A DNA stretch of 64,000 nucleotides. Source: Phycisphaerae bacterium (lineage in GTDB: Bacteria > Planctomycetota > Phycisphaerae > Sedimentisphaerales > Anaerohalosphaeraceae). This document shows, piece after piece, positions 47,764 to 57,404 of this stretch. The position numbers and the translations under genes were made by a program. The stretch's first letter is position 1, and each line of letters begins with the position of its first letter. The notes beneath the pieces were generated by a model. The model searched no databases and was not told where the DNA came from. It saw nothing but the letters and a program-made list of their open reading frames with translations. The DNA lies in the NCBI GenBank assembly GCA_033809355.1, contig JAPXLV010000001.1, positions 58,295 to 122,294 of the forward strand, written 5' to 3'.

Positions 47764-49650
47764 TCATGGGGCAGAAGGCAATGAGTTCAGGATCTGGGTG
47801 ATCTGATCGGCGTAAATACTGTTGCGGTAGGATTCGAGAAAATCGGTCAACGTCGCGCGGAGATCCTCCAGCAGCGACCGACGCGTGTCCGCATCCAGCC
47901 GCGAATCCTTCCACATCGACAGCAGGGTCAGGGCTTTCTCATAGAGCGCGCGAATTCCTCCGTCCCGACCGGGGTAGGTCTGGGCCAATTCGCTCAGCAC
48001 CGCTGTCCGCTCGTGCGCATCGAAAATAAGCAGCGCCTTGGCCAGCATAATATTGTCCTGCAGCGGATCGTCCTTGGCGATCTCCCCCTGCAAGACATTC
48101 AATTGCGTTTCGTAATCCAGCGCGTAGGGGTTTAGTTCCACAAACCTGGCCAAGCGACGACGCGACACGGCGTCGGGCCCCTGATTTTCACGGTCAATAA
48201 GGCTGAGCAATTTCCGCAGTCGCAAGTCCAGCTCCGTCAGCTTCCGCTGTGTCATCACCGTCGAAGATGGCGGCTCAAAGGCGGCGAAGATGGATTCCTT
48301 GGCCGGACGTTGGGCGCGCGACTGAGACCGTTCGATCTGTTCGCGAATCATCGTTCGGGACACCTGCGACAGTTCAATGGCGCGTTCAAACCGCCCTTCA
48401 GCCGCGTCTCGCCAGGCCAAACGCCACCGCGCTTCCAGCGATTCGGGGCTTTGCGGAAAGCGATCAAACAACTCCTGCCAAATCAGAATGTTGCTTTTGA
48501 AGGGATAATCGTTATAAAAACGCAGTATCTCGGTCTGAAGAAAATAACGAATATCGGGATGATACTCATTGAGCAATGCGCTGAAGTACAGCGCAATCGG
48601 CATCCGCTTGCTTTCCGGCCAGCGATCCATAAATGTCTGATACCCTGTGCGAAGATCGGCTCGTCGTTTGCGATAGTTTAGGCGGTCGGGCATCTTCTTT
48701 TCAAACCACGGCGGCCACTGCATCGTCGTCATCGAGTGGGTGATCTCCTCTTTCAGGCGTTGACGAAGTGCTGTCGCGTCGGTCGGATAATACCGCCCAG
48801 TCAGATAACTGCGCAGCGCATCGTCGGCAATCACCGCGTCAATCACTTGCGAGAGGGAATAATTGTGAAACTCCACCACTTCTTCGGGGTTGTTTCCGGC
48901 CACATAAAGCTGATAATACAACTCTGAAAAACCGATTTGCTTTTGAAAAATCCCATACGTGACCGCCAGCAGCAGCACCGATACCACAAAAATCAGGCCA
49001 GGCCGATACCGCGTATAGTGTCCTATTCCCAGCACCACCCCGGCCATAAAAAGCCCCGTCAGCCATGCATAAATCCACGGCGAATAGGAAAACCCCCACC
49101 GCAACGGGTCGGCTGTGGGATAGCCGCCCCATACCGCCCAGTAAATCACCTGTGGGGCCATGCACAACGCGATGGCGATAAACCGTGAGCGAAACCGTAA
49201 AGGCCGACACGCCGCCGCCAAACAACTGAGTGCCACAAATACCCCAAAAAAGTACAGTTTTGCGATAAACATCACCGATAAAACAAAGGGAATGCTATAG
49301 CGAAAACAGTACAATTGGGACACCAGCACCGGCGTCGTTGCCAATATCCCCATCAGCGTCCCCAGCACGACAATCTGCCAGGGATACTCATAAATGCTCA
49401 GCGGAAAGGCCGCCAATCGCCCCAGATTCCACAGCCCCGGGTCGATAACATCCGCGGCCACCAGCGAAATCATTTCTCCGGAAACAATCGTATTCCAAAA
49501 AAGGCACGCCGTGATATACACCACCACCAGCAGCCCCCAAAACAGATGAATATATGGATGGCTGTAATGGAGCGTCGGACCGACGGCCATAAACGACTTT
49601 GACGGCGCCGGAGCGGATTTCACCGCGGTTGATGTTGTTTTCTTGCTCAT
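47764..49650 (-). CDS. Hypothetical polytopic membrane protein with a long helical (TPR-like) C-terminal domain
   Basis: 628-aa ORF with about 8-9 hydrophobic segments in the first 230 aa and GC3-rich codons. No family recognised. Confidence 0.6.
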   Translation of the reverse strand: MSKKTTSTAVKSAPAPSKSFMAVGPTLHYSHPYIHLFWGLLVVVYITACLFWNTIVSGEMISLVAADVIDPGLWNLGRLAAFPLSIYEYPWQIVVLGTLMGILATTPVLVSQLYCFRYSIPFVLSVMFIAKLYFFGVFVALSCLAAACRPLRFRSRFIAIALCMAPQVIYWAVWGGYPTADPLRWGFSYSPWIYAWLTGLFMAGVVLGIGHYTRYRPGLIFVVSVLLLAVTYGIFQKQIGFSELYYQLYVAGNNPEEVVEFHNYSLSQVIDAVIADDALRSYLTGRYYPTDATALRQRLKEEITHSMTTMQWPPWFEKKMPDRLNYRKRRADLRTGYQTFMDRWPESKRMPIALYFSALLNEYHPDIRYFLQTEILRFYNDYPFKSNILIWQELFDRFPQSPESLEARWRLAWRDAAEGRFERAIELSQVSRTMIREQIERSQSRAQRPAKESIFAAFEPPSSTVMTQRKLTELDLRLRKLLSLIDRENQGPDAVSRRRLARFVELNPYALDYETQLNVLQGEIAKDDPLQDNIMLAKALLIFDAHERTAVLSELAQTYPGRDGGIRALYEKALTLLSMWKDSRLDADTRRSLLEDLRATLTDFLESYRNSIYADQITQILNSLPSAP

Positions 49651-49753
49651 TTTGGATACCGACGGAAATCCAAATGTGTTTTCAATGACCCATAAAAGAC
49701 ACTGTTAAGGTTTAATCCTAACGTTCCGTGTCCGAAAGGTCAAAGAAAAACCC

Positions 49754-52201
49754 TTACTCCACGACCCATTCCTGGATGCCGCCGGAAAAGTTCTCTTGAA
49801 ACGTCATCTCCAAACGCAGCGCGTCGGTCGTTACCGGTTTGAAATGAACGCGATCAAACGCATCCAGTGTAATGGTATAGTCGGTGGTATTTTCGACAGG
49901 TTTCCATACGTCGCCGTCGCGATAAAGCACACGCCAGAATTTGGGCAGGCGGCATTCCCCTCGACCGGTGTCGTCAAACCAATAAACCGCAACCGATCGC
50001 ACGGTTTTTGGCTCTGGAAACTCGTATTGAATCCATTCGGTGGTGCCTTTTCGGGGCCACCAGTGATAAAAGCCCTGTTCCTGATCGCTCGAGGACTTCG
50101 GCACGAGTTGGTCCTGGACAAACTCAAGCCGAGCATTGCCGACGGTGGTGTAATAGGACGCACTGACTTTGCTTTGTGACGCAATGGTTGGCGCCGGCAG
50201 CGGCACGGCGGCTTGTTCCGTCCGTGCCAGCCACACCGCCATCGGTGTTCGGCCGCGATGGGCCCACGCATAGTACGGAATCGCCGAAAACGCCCGTTCG
50301 GTGCGTTCCAGTCCGCCGTCCAGCGTCCGTTGCAACTCCAAAGCCTTCCCCTCAATCACCGTTACCCCGCCAAGCAGGTCGGGCTTGAACGAACTGGTCA
50401 GCGTTGCCTCATCGGGCAGCATCAGGTTCAATACCCGTCCGCCTTCCACATCGAGGCCTTCCAGACAATATACCAGCGGCCCCCCCTGCAGGGCGACCTT
50501 GCCGACATTCTCCCGCACCCGTTCATCGCAAACCACCCGTCGAACCGCCATAGGCAATTCAAGTGTGATCCGGTCCCCAGCTTTCCACGTCCGCTCAAGC
50601 ACCGCGTAGCCGTTGATAAGATGCACCGGGACCGCCTGGCCGTTGACCGCCAAATGAATAGGCCGCTCGGCCGGTTGCAACTCTGAATACAGCGTGCTGG
50701 GCACAGGCTTGTTCCGCGCCCAGCCGGGTATTCGCAGTTTTAACGCGAAGGACTGCGCCGCGGCCGGTTCGACCGTCAGTTCAACGGTGCCCTCGAAGGG
50801 GTATTGGGTCGATTGGGTCAGTTTGACAGGCTGCTCGCCGATGGCAACCTCGCTGCGCCCATGAACATACAGGTTGACATACACCGCCTCGTCCCGCACT
50901 GCATAAACATAGCCCGGCACCGAAGCCATAAACCGGCAAATGTTGCTCGGACAGCACGCACAGCCAAACCACGGCTGACGTTCATGGCCGGCAGGGCTTT
51001 CTAGCGGATTGGGGTAGAAAAAGTGCATCCCATCCAGTGCCACGCCGCTTAGGACGTTGTTATACAGCGACAATTCCATCACATCGATATAATCGGCCTT
51101 GCCGTGCAGCAGAAACATCCGATGATTCCAGAACACATTGGCAATCGCCGCGCACGTCTCGCAATAGGCGGTGCGGTTGGGCAGTTCATAATTATCCCCG
51201 AACGCCTCGCCTGCATGGCGGGCCCCGATGCCGCCGGTAATATAGAGTTTTTTCGAGACCACGTTGTCCCAAATCGCGTCAATGGCCTTCAGATACGCCG
51301 CATCGCCGGTCAATCCTGCCACATCCGCCATGGCCGCATACATATATGCCGCACGCACCGCATGGCCAACCGCCTCGGTCTGTTCAATCACCGGTTTGTG
51401 ATCCTGACTGTAAGGACCGTAAAGCCGACGTTTATCGGCGTTGCGACCCCGCATATCGAGGAAAAATTTGGCTTGGTTAAGGTATTTTTCATTTCCGGTT
51501 ACCCGATACAGTTTCACCAGGCCAATTTCAATTTCCTGATGGCCCGGCGGGTCGATCCGACCGCTCGGATTGAACACCGAACAGACCAAATCCGCATTTT
51601 TGACGGCAATATCCAGAAAACTTCGTTTGCCCGTGGCCAAATAGTGCGCCACCGCCGCTTCGTACATATGCCCGACATTATACAGCTCGTGGGAGTCGCG
51701 AATGTTGTCCCATCGCTGCTTGTCGTAGCAGCAAGCGATGTTGCGTCCGCCTTTGCGGGCCTGCGCCGTCCAGGCCGTATACAGATAGCCGTCCGGTTCC
51801 TGGGCCGCACCGATCCACCCAATCAGCTGATCCAGATACGCATCCAATTCCGCATCGGGATGCACCATCAAACTGTACGACGCCCCCTCAATAATCTTGT
51901 ACACATCGCTGTCGTTGAAGCCAAAATCCCCCTCCCAGGGTTTGTCCGACAGCTTGGCGGCCACCTTGAAGTTTTCGATCCGCCCGGTCTGCTCGGACTG
52001 CTTGAACGCGAACGGGATCGTGGCTGTGCGGTTGGTCTCTATCCGCGGCAGCCAGAACTCATCGCCCACATGGACCTGCGTAAACGCCACTGGCTGATAG
52101 GGGTAATCCTTGAAAAGGGGGACAGGCTCAGCCCCAACAGTCCAAACGCACGCTAACGAAAACAGTGAAATAACCAAGATAGATACTTTCTTTTTGTACA
52201 T
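49754..52201 (-). CDS. Glycoside hydrolase family 127 (beta-L-arabinofuranosidase-like, DUF1680) with extra C-terminal beta-rich domain
   Basis: Signal peptide present. GH127-type Cys cluster motifs YCETCA and GCACCPSN. 815 aa. Confidence 0.8.
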   Translation of the reverse strand: MYKKKVSILVISLFSLACVWTVGAEPVPLFKDYPYQPVAFTQVHVGDEFWLPRIETNRTATIPFAFKQSEQTGRIENFKVAAKLSDKPWEGDFGFNDSDVYKIIEGASYSLMVHPDAELDAYLDQLIGWIGAAQEPDGYLYTAWTAQARKGGRNIACCYDKQRWDNIRDSHELYNVGHMYEAAVAHYLATGKRSFLDIAVKNADLVCSVFNPSGRIDPPGHQEIEIGLVKLYRVTGNEKYLNQAKFFLDMRGRNADKRRLYGPYSQDHKPVIEQTEAVGHAVRAAYMYAAMADVAGLTGDAAYLKAIDAIWDNVVSKKLYITGGIGARHAGEAFGDNYELPNRTAYCETCAAIANVFWNHRMFLLHGKADYIDVMELSLYNNVLSGVALDGMHFFYPNPLESPAGHERQPWFGCACCPSNICRFMASVPGYVYAVRDEAVYVNLYVHGRSEVAIGEQPVKLTQSTQYPFEGTVELTVEPAAAQSFALKLRIPGWARNKPVPSTLYSELQPAERPIHLAVNGQAVPVHLINGYAVLERTWKAGDRITLELPMAVRRVVCDERVRENVGKVALQGGPLVYCLEGLDVEGGRVLNLMLPDEATLTSSFKPDLLGGVTVIEGKALELQRTLDGGLERTERAFSAIPYYAWAHRGRTPMAVWLARTEQAAVPLPAPTIASQSKVSASYYTTVGNARLEFVQDQLVPKSSSDQEQGFYHWWPRKGTTEWIQYEFPEPKTVRSVAVYWFDDTGRGECRLPKFWRVLYRDGDVWKPVENTTDYTITLDAFDRVHFKPVTTDALRLEMTFQENFSGGIQEWVVE

Positions 52202-52243
52202 TGTTTGTGTCCTTTCAAATTGTTCAGGCAGGATATGCCGCTC

Positions 52244-52274
52244 ATTATAAAAGACAAACGATGCAAAATGTCAA
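52244..52274 (-). promoter_or_regulatory. Candidate sigma70-type promoter with upstream A/T tract for the GH127 gene
   Basis: Minus strand TTGACA (52274..52269). Then either TTTATA after a 17-nt spacer or TATAAT after a 19-nt spacer (52251..52244). An A/T-rich tract lies upstream at 52275..52330. Confidence 0.4.
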
Positions 52275-52445
52275 ATCTTTTTAGATTTTGCGAATTTTTG
52301 GGCGATTTTTTCAAATTTTCTGAACTTTATCAGAACAATGTACGTCATATCCGGAGAGTTGCTGTCGAAAAATAATTGTTCGTGGTGTTCTTTATCCAAT
52401 GCACCTGAAATTAGGATGAAACCGCAAATGATACACGGAGTCAAA

Positions 52446-53334
52446 ATGAACACAACGGTCCCTACAAAGACGTTCTGTACTGTTATTTTCTCGTTTCTCG
52501 TGGGCCTGTCTGCGGGCGCAGCGGCGAATTGGCCGACATGGCGCGGGCCAAATAGGATGGGAATTGCCGAGGGGAATCCTCCTTTGACTTGGAGTGAAGA
52601 GCACAACATCCAGTGGAAAATGCCCCTTGAAGGCGACGGCTCCAATTCGACGCCGGCCGTCTGGGGGGAAAAACTGTTTTTCCAGATTGCCGTAGAAACC
52701 GATAAAACCCCCCCAGCCTCTGCCGAACAGGCCGGCCCGATAGCCGGCCGCGGACGTACCCCAAGCAGCCTGTATCAATTCAAAGTGGTCTGCTTGGATC
52801 GCACAACCGGCAAAACACTCTGGACTACCCAAGTCCGCGAAACCGTTCCTCATGAAGGCCACCATGGCGACCATGGCTTGGCTTCCTATTCGCCCGTGAC
52901 CGACGGAACTGCCGTCTGGGCCAATTTCGGGTCGCGCGGCCTGCACTGTCTGACGCTGGACGGGCAGATCAAATGGCAAAAAGACCTGCCCTTAATGCGA
53001 ATTCGCGGCACCTTCGGCGAGGGCAACTCACCGCTGCTGGTAGAGAACAAGCTGATAGTCGTCGGCGATCACGAAGACCAATCCTATATCATCCGCCTTT
53101 GACAAAGACACAGGCAAGATTCTCTGGCGCCAGGACCGCGACGAACCGACCGCCTGGACATCGCCGATTGCCGTAGTAGAAGAGGATGGAAAGATTCAAA
53201 TCATCGTCAGCGGAACCAACCGCATTCGCGCCTATGATGCCCAAACCGGCCAGGTCATCTGGCAATGCGGGGGACAAACGCAAAACGTCATTCCCACTCC
53301 AGTATGCGGACACGGCATAGTCTATTGCACCAGC
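52446..53334 (+). pseudogene. PQQ-like beta-propeller repeat protein, frameshifted and 3'-truncated
   Basis: Frame 1 (from the ATG at 52446, ACGGAG SD) reads ...NWPTWRGPN...VVGDHEDQSYIIRL* and stops at 53102. The +1 frame continues the same propeller: AFDKDTGKILWRQDRDEPTAWTSPIAVVEEDGKIQIIVSGTNRIRAYDAQTGQVIWQCGG...GHGIVYCTS. Removing one C near 53094 restores ...SYIIAFDKDTG.... Similarity ends near 53334, although such proteins are usually 100+ aa longer. Confidence 0.65.
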
Positions 53335-53410
53335 GTCTGCCGATCGGGCGGTAAGTGCCGCCCCTTAAAACCGTGCATAATTCAACCTTATCAATCTCGC
53401 TTTGCCCAAA

Positions 53411-53983
53411 TTAACAGGAGCTAAGGCGCCGTTGTTTTTTTGCCTGTTTTCGTTGTCGGTAGTAGGAAATAAGCCGCAGGGATACAGAGTGGGCCAAACC
53501 CGCTGCGATAAACCCAAGAATGACCCCCCCCACGAGCATTTCAAGCCCGATATTCATTGCTGTGGAAGTAACGTCTTTCCAGAACGCCTGCGTGTGAAAC
53601 TCGGTCAGTAACCGATACAATGACAGCGTTTCATCGAATAAATGGTCCATCTGTTCCGGGTTGAGTTCCGGTTTGGAGGGGCGCATCTTCAATATCAACC
53701 GGCCGAGCCGATAGGCCGGATAATAAACAAAGACGGCCGTTGCCGCATTACTGACCCATACTCCCAACACCGCTACCATTCGGTTGGCTTTGAGCAATGA
53801 GGCCGTTATCCATGCCAGCATCATCTGCAATCCCATCACCGGCAGATACGCGATAAACACCCCGATCGCCAGCCCCTTTGCGATGCGTTCAGGGGAATCA
53901 TTAACGTGGAGAATGCGCGTCTTTACAAACCGCAGCATCGGCCGCAATCGCAAGAGGAGTTTCGTCCGCAGCGAAATTTTCAT
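53411..53983 (-). CDS. DUF2062 domain-containing membrane protein
   Basis: SPERIAKGLAIGVFIAYLPVMGLQMMLAW pattern is typical of DUF2062. The start overlaps the upstream stop as ATGA. Confidence 0.7.
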   Translation of the reverse strand: MKISLRTKLLLRLRPMLRFVKTRILHVNDSPERIAKGLAIGVFIAYLPVMGLQMMLAWITASLLKANRMVAVLGVWVSNAATAVFVYYPAYRLGRLILKMRPSKPELNPEQMDHLFDETLSLYRLLTEFHTQAFWKDVTSTAMNIGLEMLVGGVILGFIAAGLAHSVSLRLISYYRQRKQAKKQRRLSSC

Positions 53984-55032
53984 TTCGGCTCGTCTGCTAT
54001 CTGTGCTGCCATCTGACGGTCAATTGCGTTGAGAACCGCCTGGACGCTGACTTGTTCAATGCGATGAGCCGGCTTTCGGCTGCGAATGGCGGTGCCGCGT
54101 TGTTCCGGCTCGACGGCCACGACGGCGTCGGGCTGCTTGTATGGCCCGACCCACGCCGGGTTGGTCGGCCCAAAGATCAGCACCGTCGGGCGCCGCAGCG
54201 CCACGGCGATCTGCCCAGGGCCGGTATCATTGGACACCACCAGCCCAGCCTGAGCCAGCAGCGCAACCAACTGAGGAATGGTGGTTTTTCCGCATAAATC
54301 GGCTATCGGCACGGTGGCGGCATGCTGAAGCGCCGCGACAATCTTTTTTTCGCCGGGCGAACCGACCGCTGCGATGGCCAGGCCGTATTTTTTGGCGACA
54401 AACTCGGCCACCGCGGCAAACCGTTCAACCGGCCAGCGTTTGCTCTCGTGAGCGGCCCCGGCAATCAGCACCGCAAATCGCCCCGCCTCAAGCCCTGCAT
54501 CCTTCCTCAGTGCCCCCACGGACTGCACCACCCCTGAAGGCGGCTCAAACCGAATATACGGCTCAAACTCCTCGACCCCCACCGCCTTTAACATCGCGCG
54601 ATACAAGTCCACCATATGCAGCGACCCTTCCGGCCGGCGGACCCGATGCGTATAAAACAGCGGCGCCCCCTCGCGAGCCGAGGCTGCCCCCACGCGCATC
54701 GGGCAGCCTGACAGCCACCCCAGCAAAGCCGTACGTAAAAGCCCCTGCAAATCCAGCACCAAATCGAAGCGCTCCCCACGAAGCCGGCCAATCAGCTCGC
54801 GCATCGCACAAAAACCGGCCGAGGTGTACCACCGCCCCAGCAAGCGCCGCTCAAACAGCAGCGTCTCGTCCACTCCTCGAACACACGTCAACAGCGGCGC
54901 AAATTCACGACGTATCATCCACGTTATGCGGGACTCCGGAAATGCCTTTCGCAGCGCCTCCAGCACCGGAAGGGCATGCACCACATCGCCCAGCGACGAC
55001 GGCTTGATGATCAAAATATTCTGATAGCCCAT
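53980..55032 (-). CDS. Glycosyltransferase family 9 (LPS heptosyltransferase)
   Basis: N-terminus ILIIKPSSLGDVVHALPVLEAL and C-terminal NDTGPGQIA are typical of GT9 heptosyltransferases. Confidence 0.85.
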   Translation of the reverse strand: MGYQNILIIKPSSLGDVVHALPVLEALRKAFPESRITWMIRREFAPLLTCVRGVDETLLFERRLLGRWYTSAGFCAMRELIGRLRGERFDLVLDLQGLLRTALLGWLSGCPMRVGAASAREGAPLFYTHRVRRPEGSLHMVDLYRAMLKAVGVEEFEPYIRFEPPSGVVQSVGALRKDAGLEAGRFAVLIAGAAHESKRWPVERFAAVAEFVAKKYGLAIAAVGSPGEKKIVAALQHAATVPIADLCGKTTIPQLVALLAQAGLVVSNDTGPGQIAVALRRPTVLIFGPTNPAWVGPYKQPDAVVAVEPEQRGTAIRSRKPAHRIEQVSVQAVLNAIDRQMAAQIADEPK

Positions 55033-55172
55033 AGCAAGGGTCGATTGTTACGTTTGGAACAAAAAGACACAACACAGATCCTATGGGGAATTGTACGCGC
55101 AAAACCACCCGCATGCAAGACCTGTATTCTGACTGACAGCAATCAAACGCGATTGAGCGTAACCCTGCACCC

Positions 55173-55649
55173 TTATTTAATCAGACGGATACTGACCGGG
55201 TATCGGAAAGCGCGACCCTGACCAGCAGCCACACAACCCATAATGCAGAATACAAGCTCCGCAATCATTATCAGCGGCAAAAGAAAAATCCCAATGAACA
55301 CAAAAACCAACACACAGGCTATCGCATACCCTATAACAACGGTGATTTGGAAATTCAGCGCTTCTTTGCCCTGGTCGTTGACAAAGGCACTCTGGTCCTT
55401 TTTGATCAGCCAGATAATCAGCGGCCCCAGGAAACTGGAAAAAAAGCCCAGCAGATGGCACAACAGCCCCAGATTCTTGTCATCTTGGCTGACCGTGCCG
55501 CTCGGCGGCGGAGGCGGAGAAGTTAATGGACTTTCCGGAGGGGTTTGGGTATTTTGCGACGAAGATGGACTCTCTTGAGGCGACCTTTGCGGTTCCTGTG
55601 ACGGCGGGATGTTCTCATCTGGGTTGTTGCTCGGTGCGTTCTGATCCAT
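55173..55649 (-). CDS. DUF4870 domain-containing membrane protein with P/S/Q-rich N-terminus
   Basis: Start at the ATG at 55649, preceded by GGAGG 9 nt upstream. Core WLIKKDQSAFVNDQGKEALNFQIT is typical of DUF4870. Confidence 0.75.
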   Translation of the reverse strand: MDQNAPSNNPDENIPPSQEPQRSPQESPSSSQNTQTPPESPLTSPPPPPSGTVSQDDKNLGLLCHLLGFFSSFLGPLIIWLIKKDQSAFVNDQGKEALNFQITVVIGYAIACVLVFVFIGIFLLPLIMIAELVFCIMGCVAAGQGRAFRYPVSIRLIK

Positions 55650-55788
55650 AGCGTAATCCTCCCTAAACAAAGGTTTCCGATAATTCAACATTGTACATCC
55701 GTTTGCCCCATTAAAAGTCAGACATTCGCATCTGTCAAGTCAATTGTTGCGCCGCGGCTTCATTGATGGCTGCGGATGCGGATTTTCT

Positions 55789-55817
55789 TTGACGCAAAGG
55801 CGTTTGCTCAATATACT
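55789..55817 (+). promoter_or_regulatory. Candidate sigma70-type promoter for guaB
   Basis: TTGACG (55789..55794), 17-nt spacer, TATACT (55812..55817). Confidence 0.45.
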
Positions 55818-55860
55818 TCGAATTTTACTGGATTTGACGACGGTTTGCTGGAGATGCTCT

Positions 55861-57333
55861 ATGCTCAATAATTCCAAAATTATCGGCGAAGGAATTACTT
55901 TTGATGATGTGCTGTTGCTACCGGCCCGCAGTGATTTTGTGCCGGCGCAGGCCGATACCCGAACTCGGCTGACCCGGCACGTAACGATCAATATTCCCCT
56001 GGTCTCGGCGGCGATGGACACCGTAACCGAGTCGGCCCTGGCCATTGCGCTGGCCCAGGAAGGCGGTATCGGCATTATCCACAAGAATCTGACCATTGAG
56101 GCGCAGCAGCGTGAGGTGACCAAGGTCAAACGCTCCGAAAATGGCGTGATTTTAGATCCGATTACGCTCACTCCTGAATTGCCGGTCTCCACGGCCCTGC
56201 AATTGATGAATGAGCAGAATGTCTCGGGCATTCCGATTGTCGAAGGCACCAAACTGGTCGGCATCCTGACACGACGGGATTTGAAGTTTCTGACGGACAA
56301 ATCCGTACGGATTCGCGATGTGATGACCAAGACCAATCTCGTTACCGGTCCGGCAGGCACTACGCTTGAACAGGCCAAGGACATCCTGCGAAAACACCGC
56401 GTCGAAAAACTGCTGCTGGTCAACGACAAAGGCGAACTGGCCGGACTGATTACCATGCGGGATATTGACCGCGTGCAGCAGTTTCCGAATGCGGTGCGCG
56501 ACCCTCGCGGCCGATTGCGGGTCGGCGCGGCCGTCGGCGTCAAGGATCGCGACCGTGTCAAGGCCCTGATCAAGGCAGAAGTGGATGTTATCGTGGTGGA
56601 TACCGCCCACGGTCACTCAAAAAACGTCCTGGAGATGGCCGCGTGGGTTAAGGAGAATTTCAATATCGATGTGATTGCCGGCAACATTGCCACCGCCCAA
56701 GCCGCCGAGGACCTTATTGCCGCCGGTGTGGATGCGGTCAAGGTCGGCATAGGCCCCGGCGCGATTTGCACTACCCGGGTGATTTCGGGCGTGGGTGTGC
56801 CGCAGATTTCCGCGATTATGGAGTGTGCGGCCGCAGCCGATAAACACGATGTGCCGGTCATTGCCGACGGCGGGGTGCGGATGAGCGGCGATATCACCAA
56901 GGCCATTGCCGCCGGCGCATCGTCGGTGATGCTTGGGTCCCTGTTTGCCGGACTGGCCGAAAGCCCCGGCCAACTGGTCATCTTCCGCGGCCGTCAGTTC
57001 AAAGAATACCGCGGCATGGGCTCGATCGGGGCGATGATACAAGGCTCGGCTGACCGCTACGGGCAAGACGCGGCCGACAATCGCGACAAACTCGTCCCCG
57101 AAGGTGTCGAAGGACGCGTGCCCTATCGCGGCACACTCAGCCAGTACGTCTATCAACTGGTCGGCGGCCTTCGCGCGGGAATGGGATACTGCGGCACACG
57201 CACCATCGACGAACTGCGAAAAAATACCCGATTCGTCCGCATCAGCTCCGCCGGGGTCAGCGAATCCCACCCCCACGATATCCTCATCACAAAAGAATCG
57301 CCCAACTACACCGGACCCGAAACGATTGAGTAA
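55861..57333 (+). CDS. guaB: IMP dehydrogenase
   Basis: Start at the ATG at 55861 ([21 protein letters not shown]) with a GGAGA SD. Active-site loop [15 protein letters not shown] pair is present. Confidence 0.95.
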   Translation: MLNNSKIIGEGITFDDVLLLPARSDFVPAQADTRTRLTRHVTINIPLVSAAMDTVTESALAIALAQEGGIGIIHKNLTIEAQQREVTKVKRSENGVILDPITLTPELPVSTALQLMNEQNVSGIPIVEGTKLVGILTRRDLKFLTDKSVRIRDVMTKTNLVTGPAGTTLEQAKDILRKHRVEKLLLVNDKGELAGLITMRDIDRVQQFPNAVRDPRGRLRVGAAVGVKDRDRVKALIKAEVDVIVVDTAHGHSKNVLEMAAWVKENFNIDVIAGNIATAQAAEDLIAAGVDAVKVGIGPGAICTTRVISGVGVPQISAIMECAAAADKHDVPVIADGGVRMSGDITKAIAAGASSVMLGSLFAGLAESPGQLVIFRGRQFKEYRGMGSIGAMIQGSADRYGQDAADNRDKLVPEGVEGRVPYRGTLSQYVYQLVGGLRAGMGYCGTRTIDELRKNTRFVRISSAGVSESHPHDILITKESPNYTGPETIE

Positions 57334-57404
57334 AATTATGATATGGCCTCGAAACGGCTCGAGATAAGTGCCGGCGGTGACGGACGGCTGAAAGTATCTG
57401 GATA

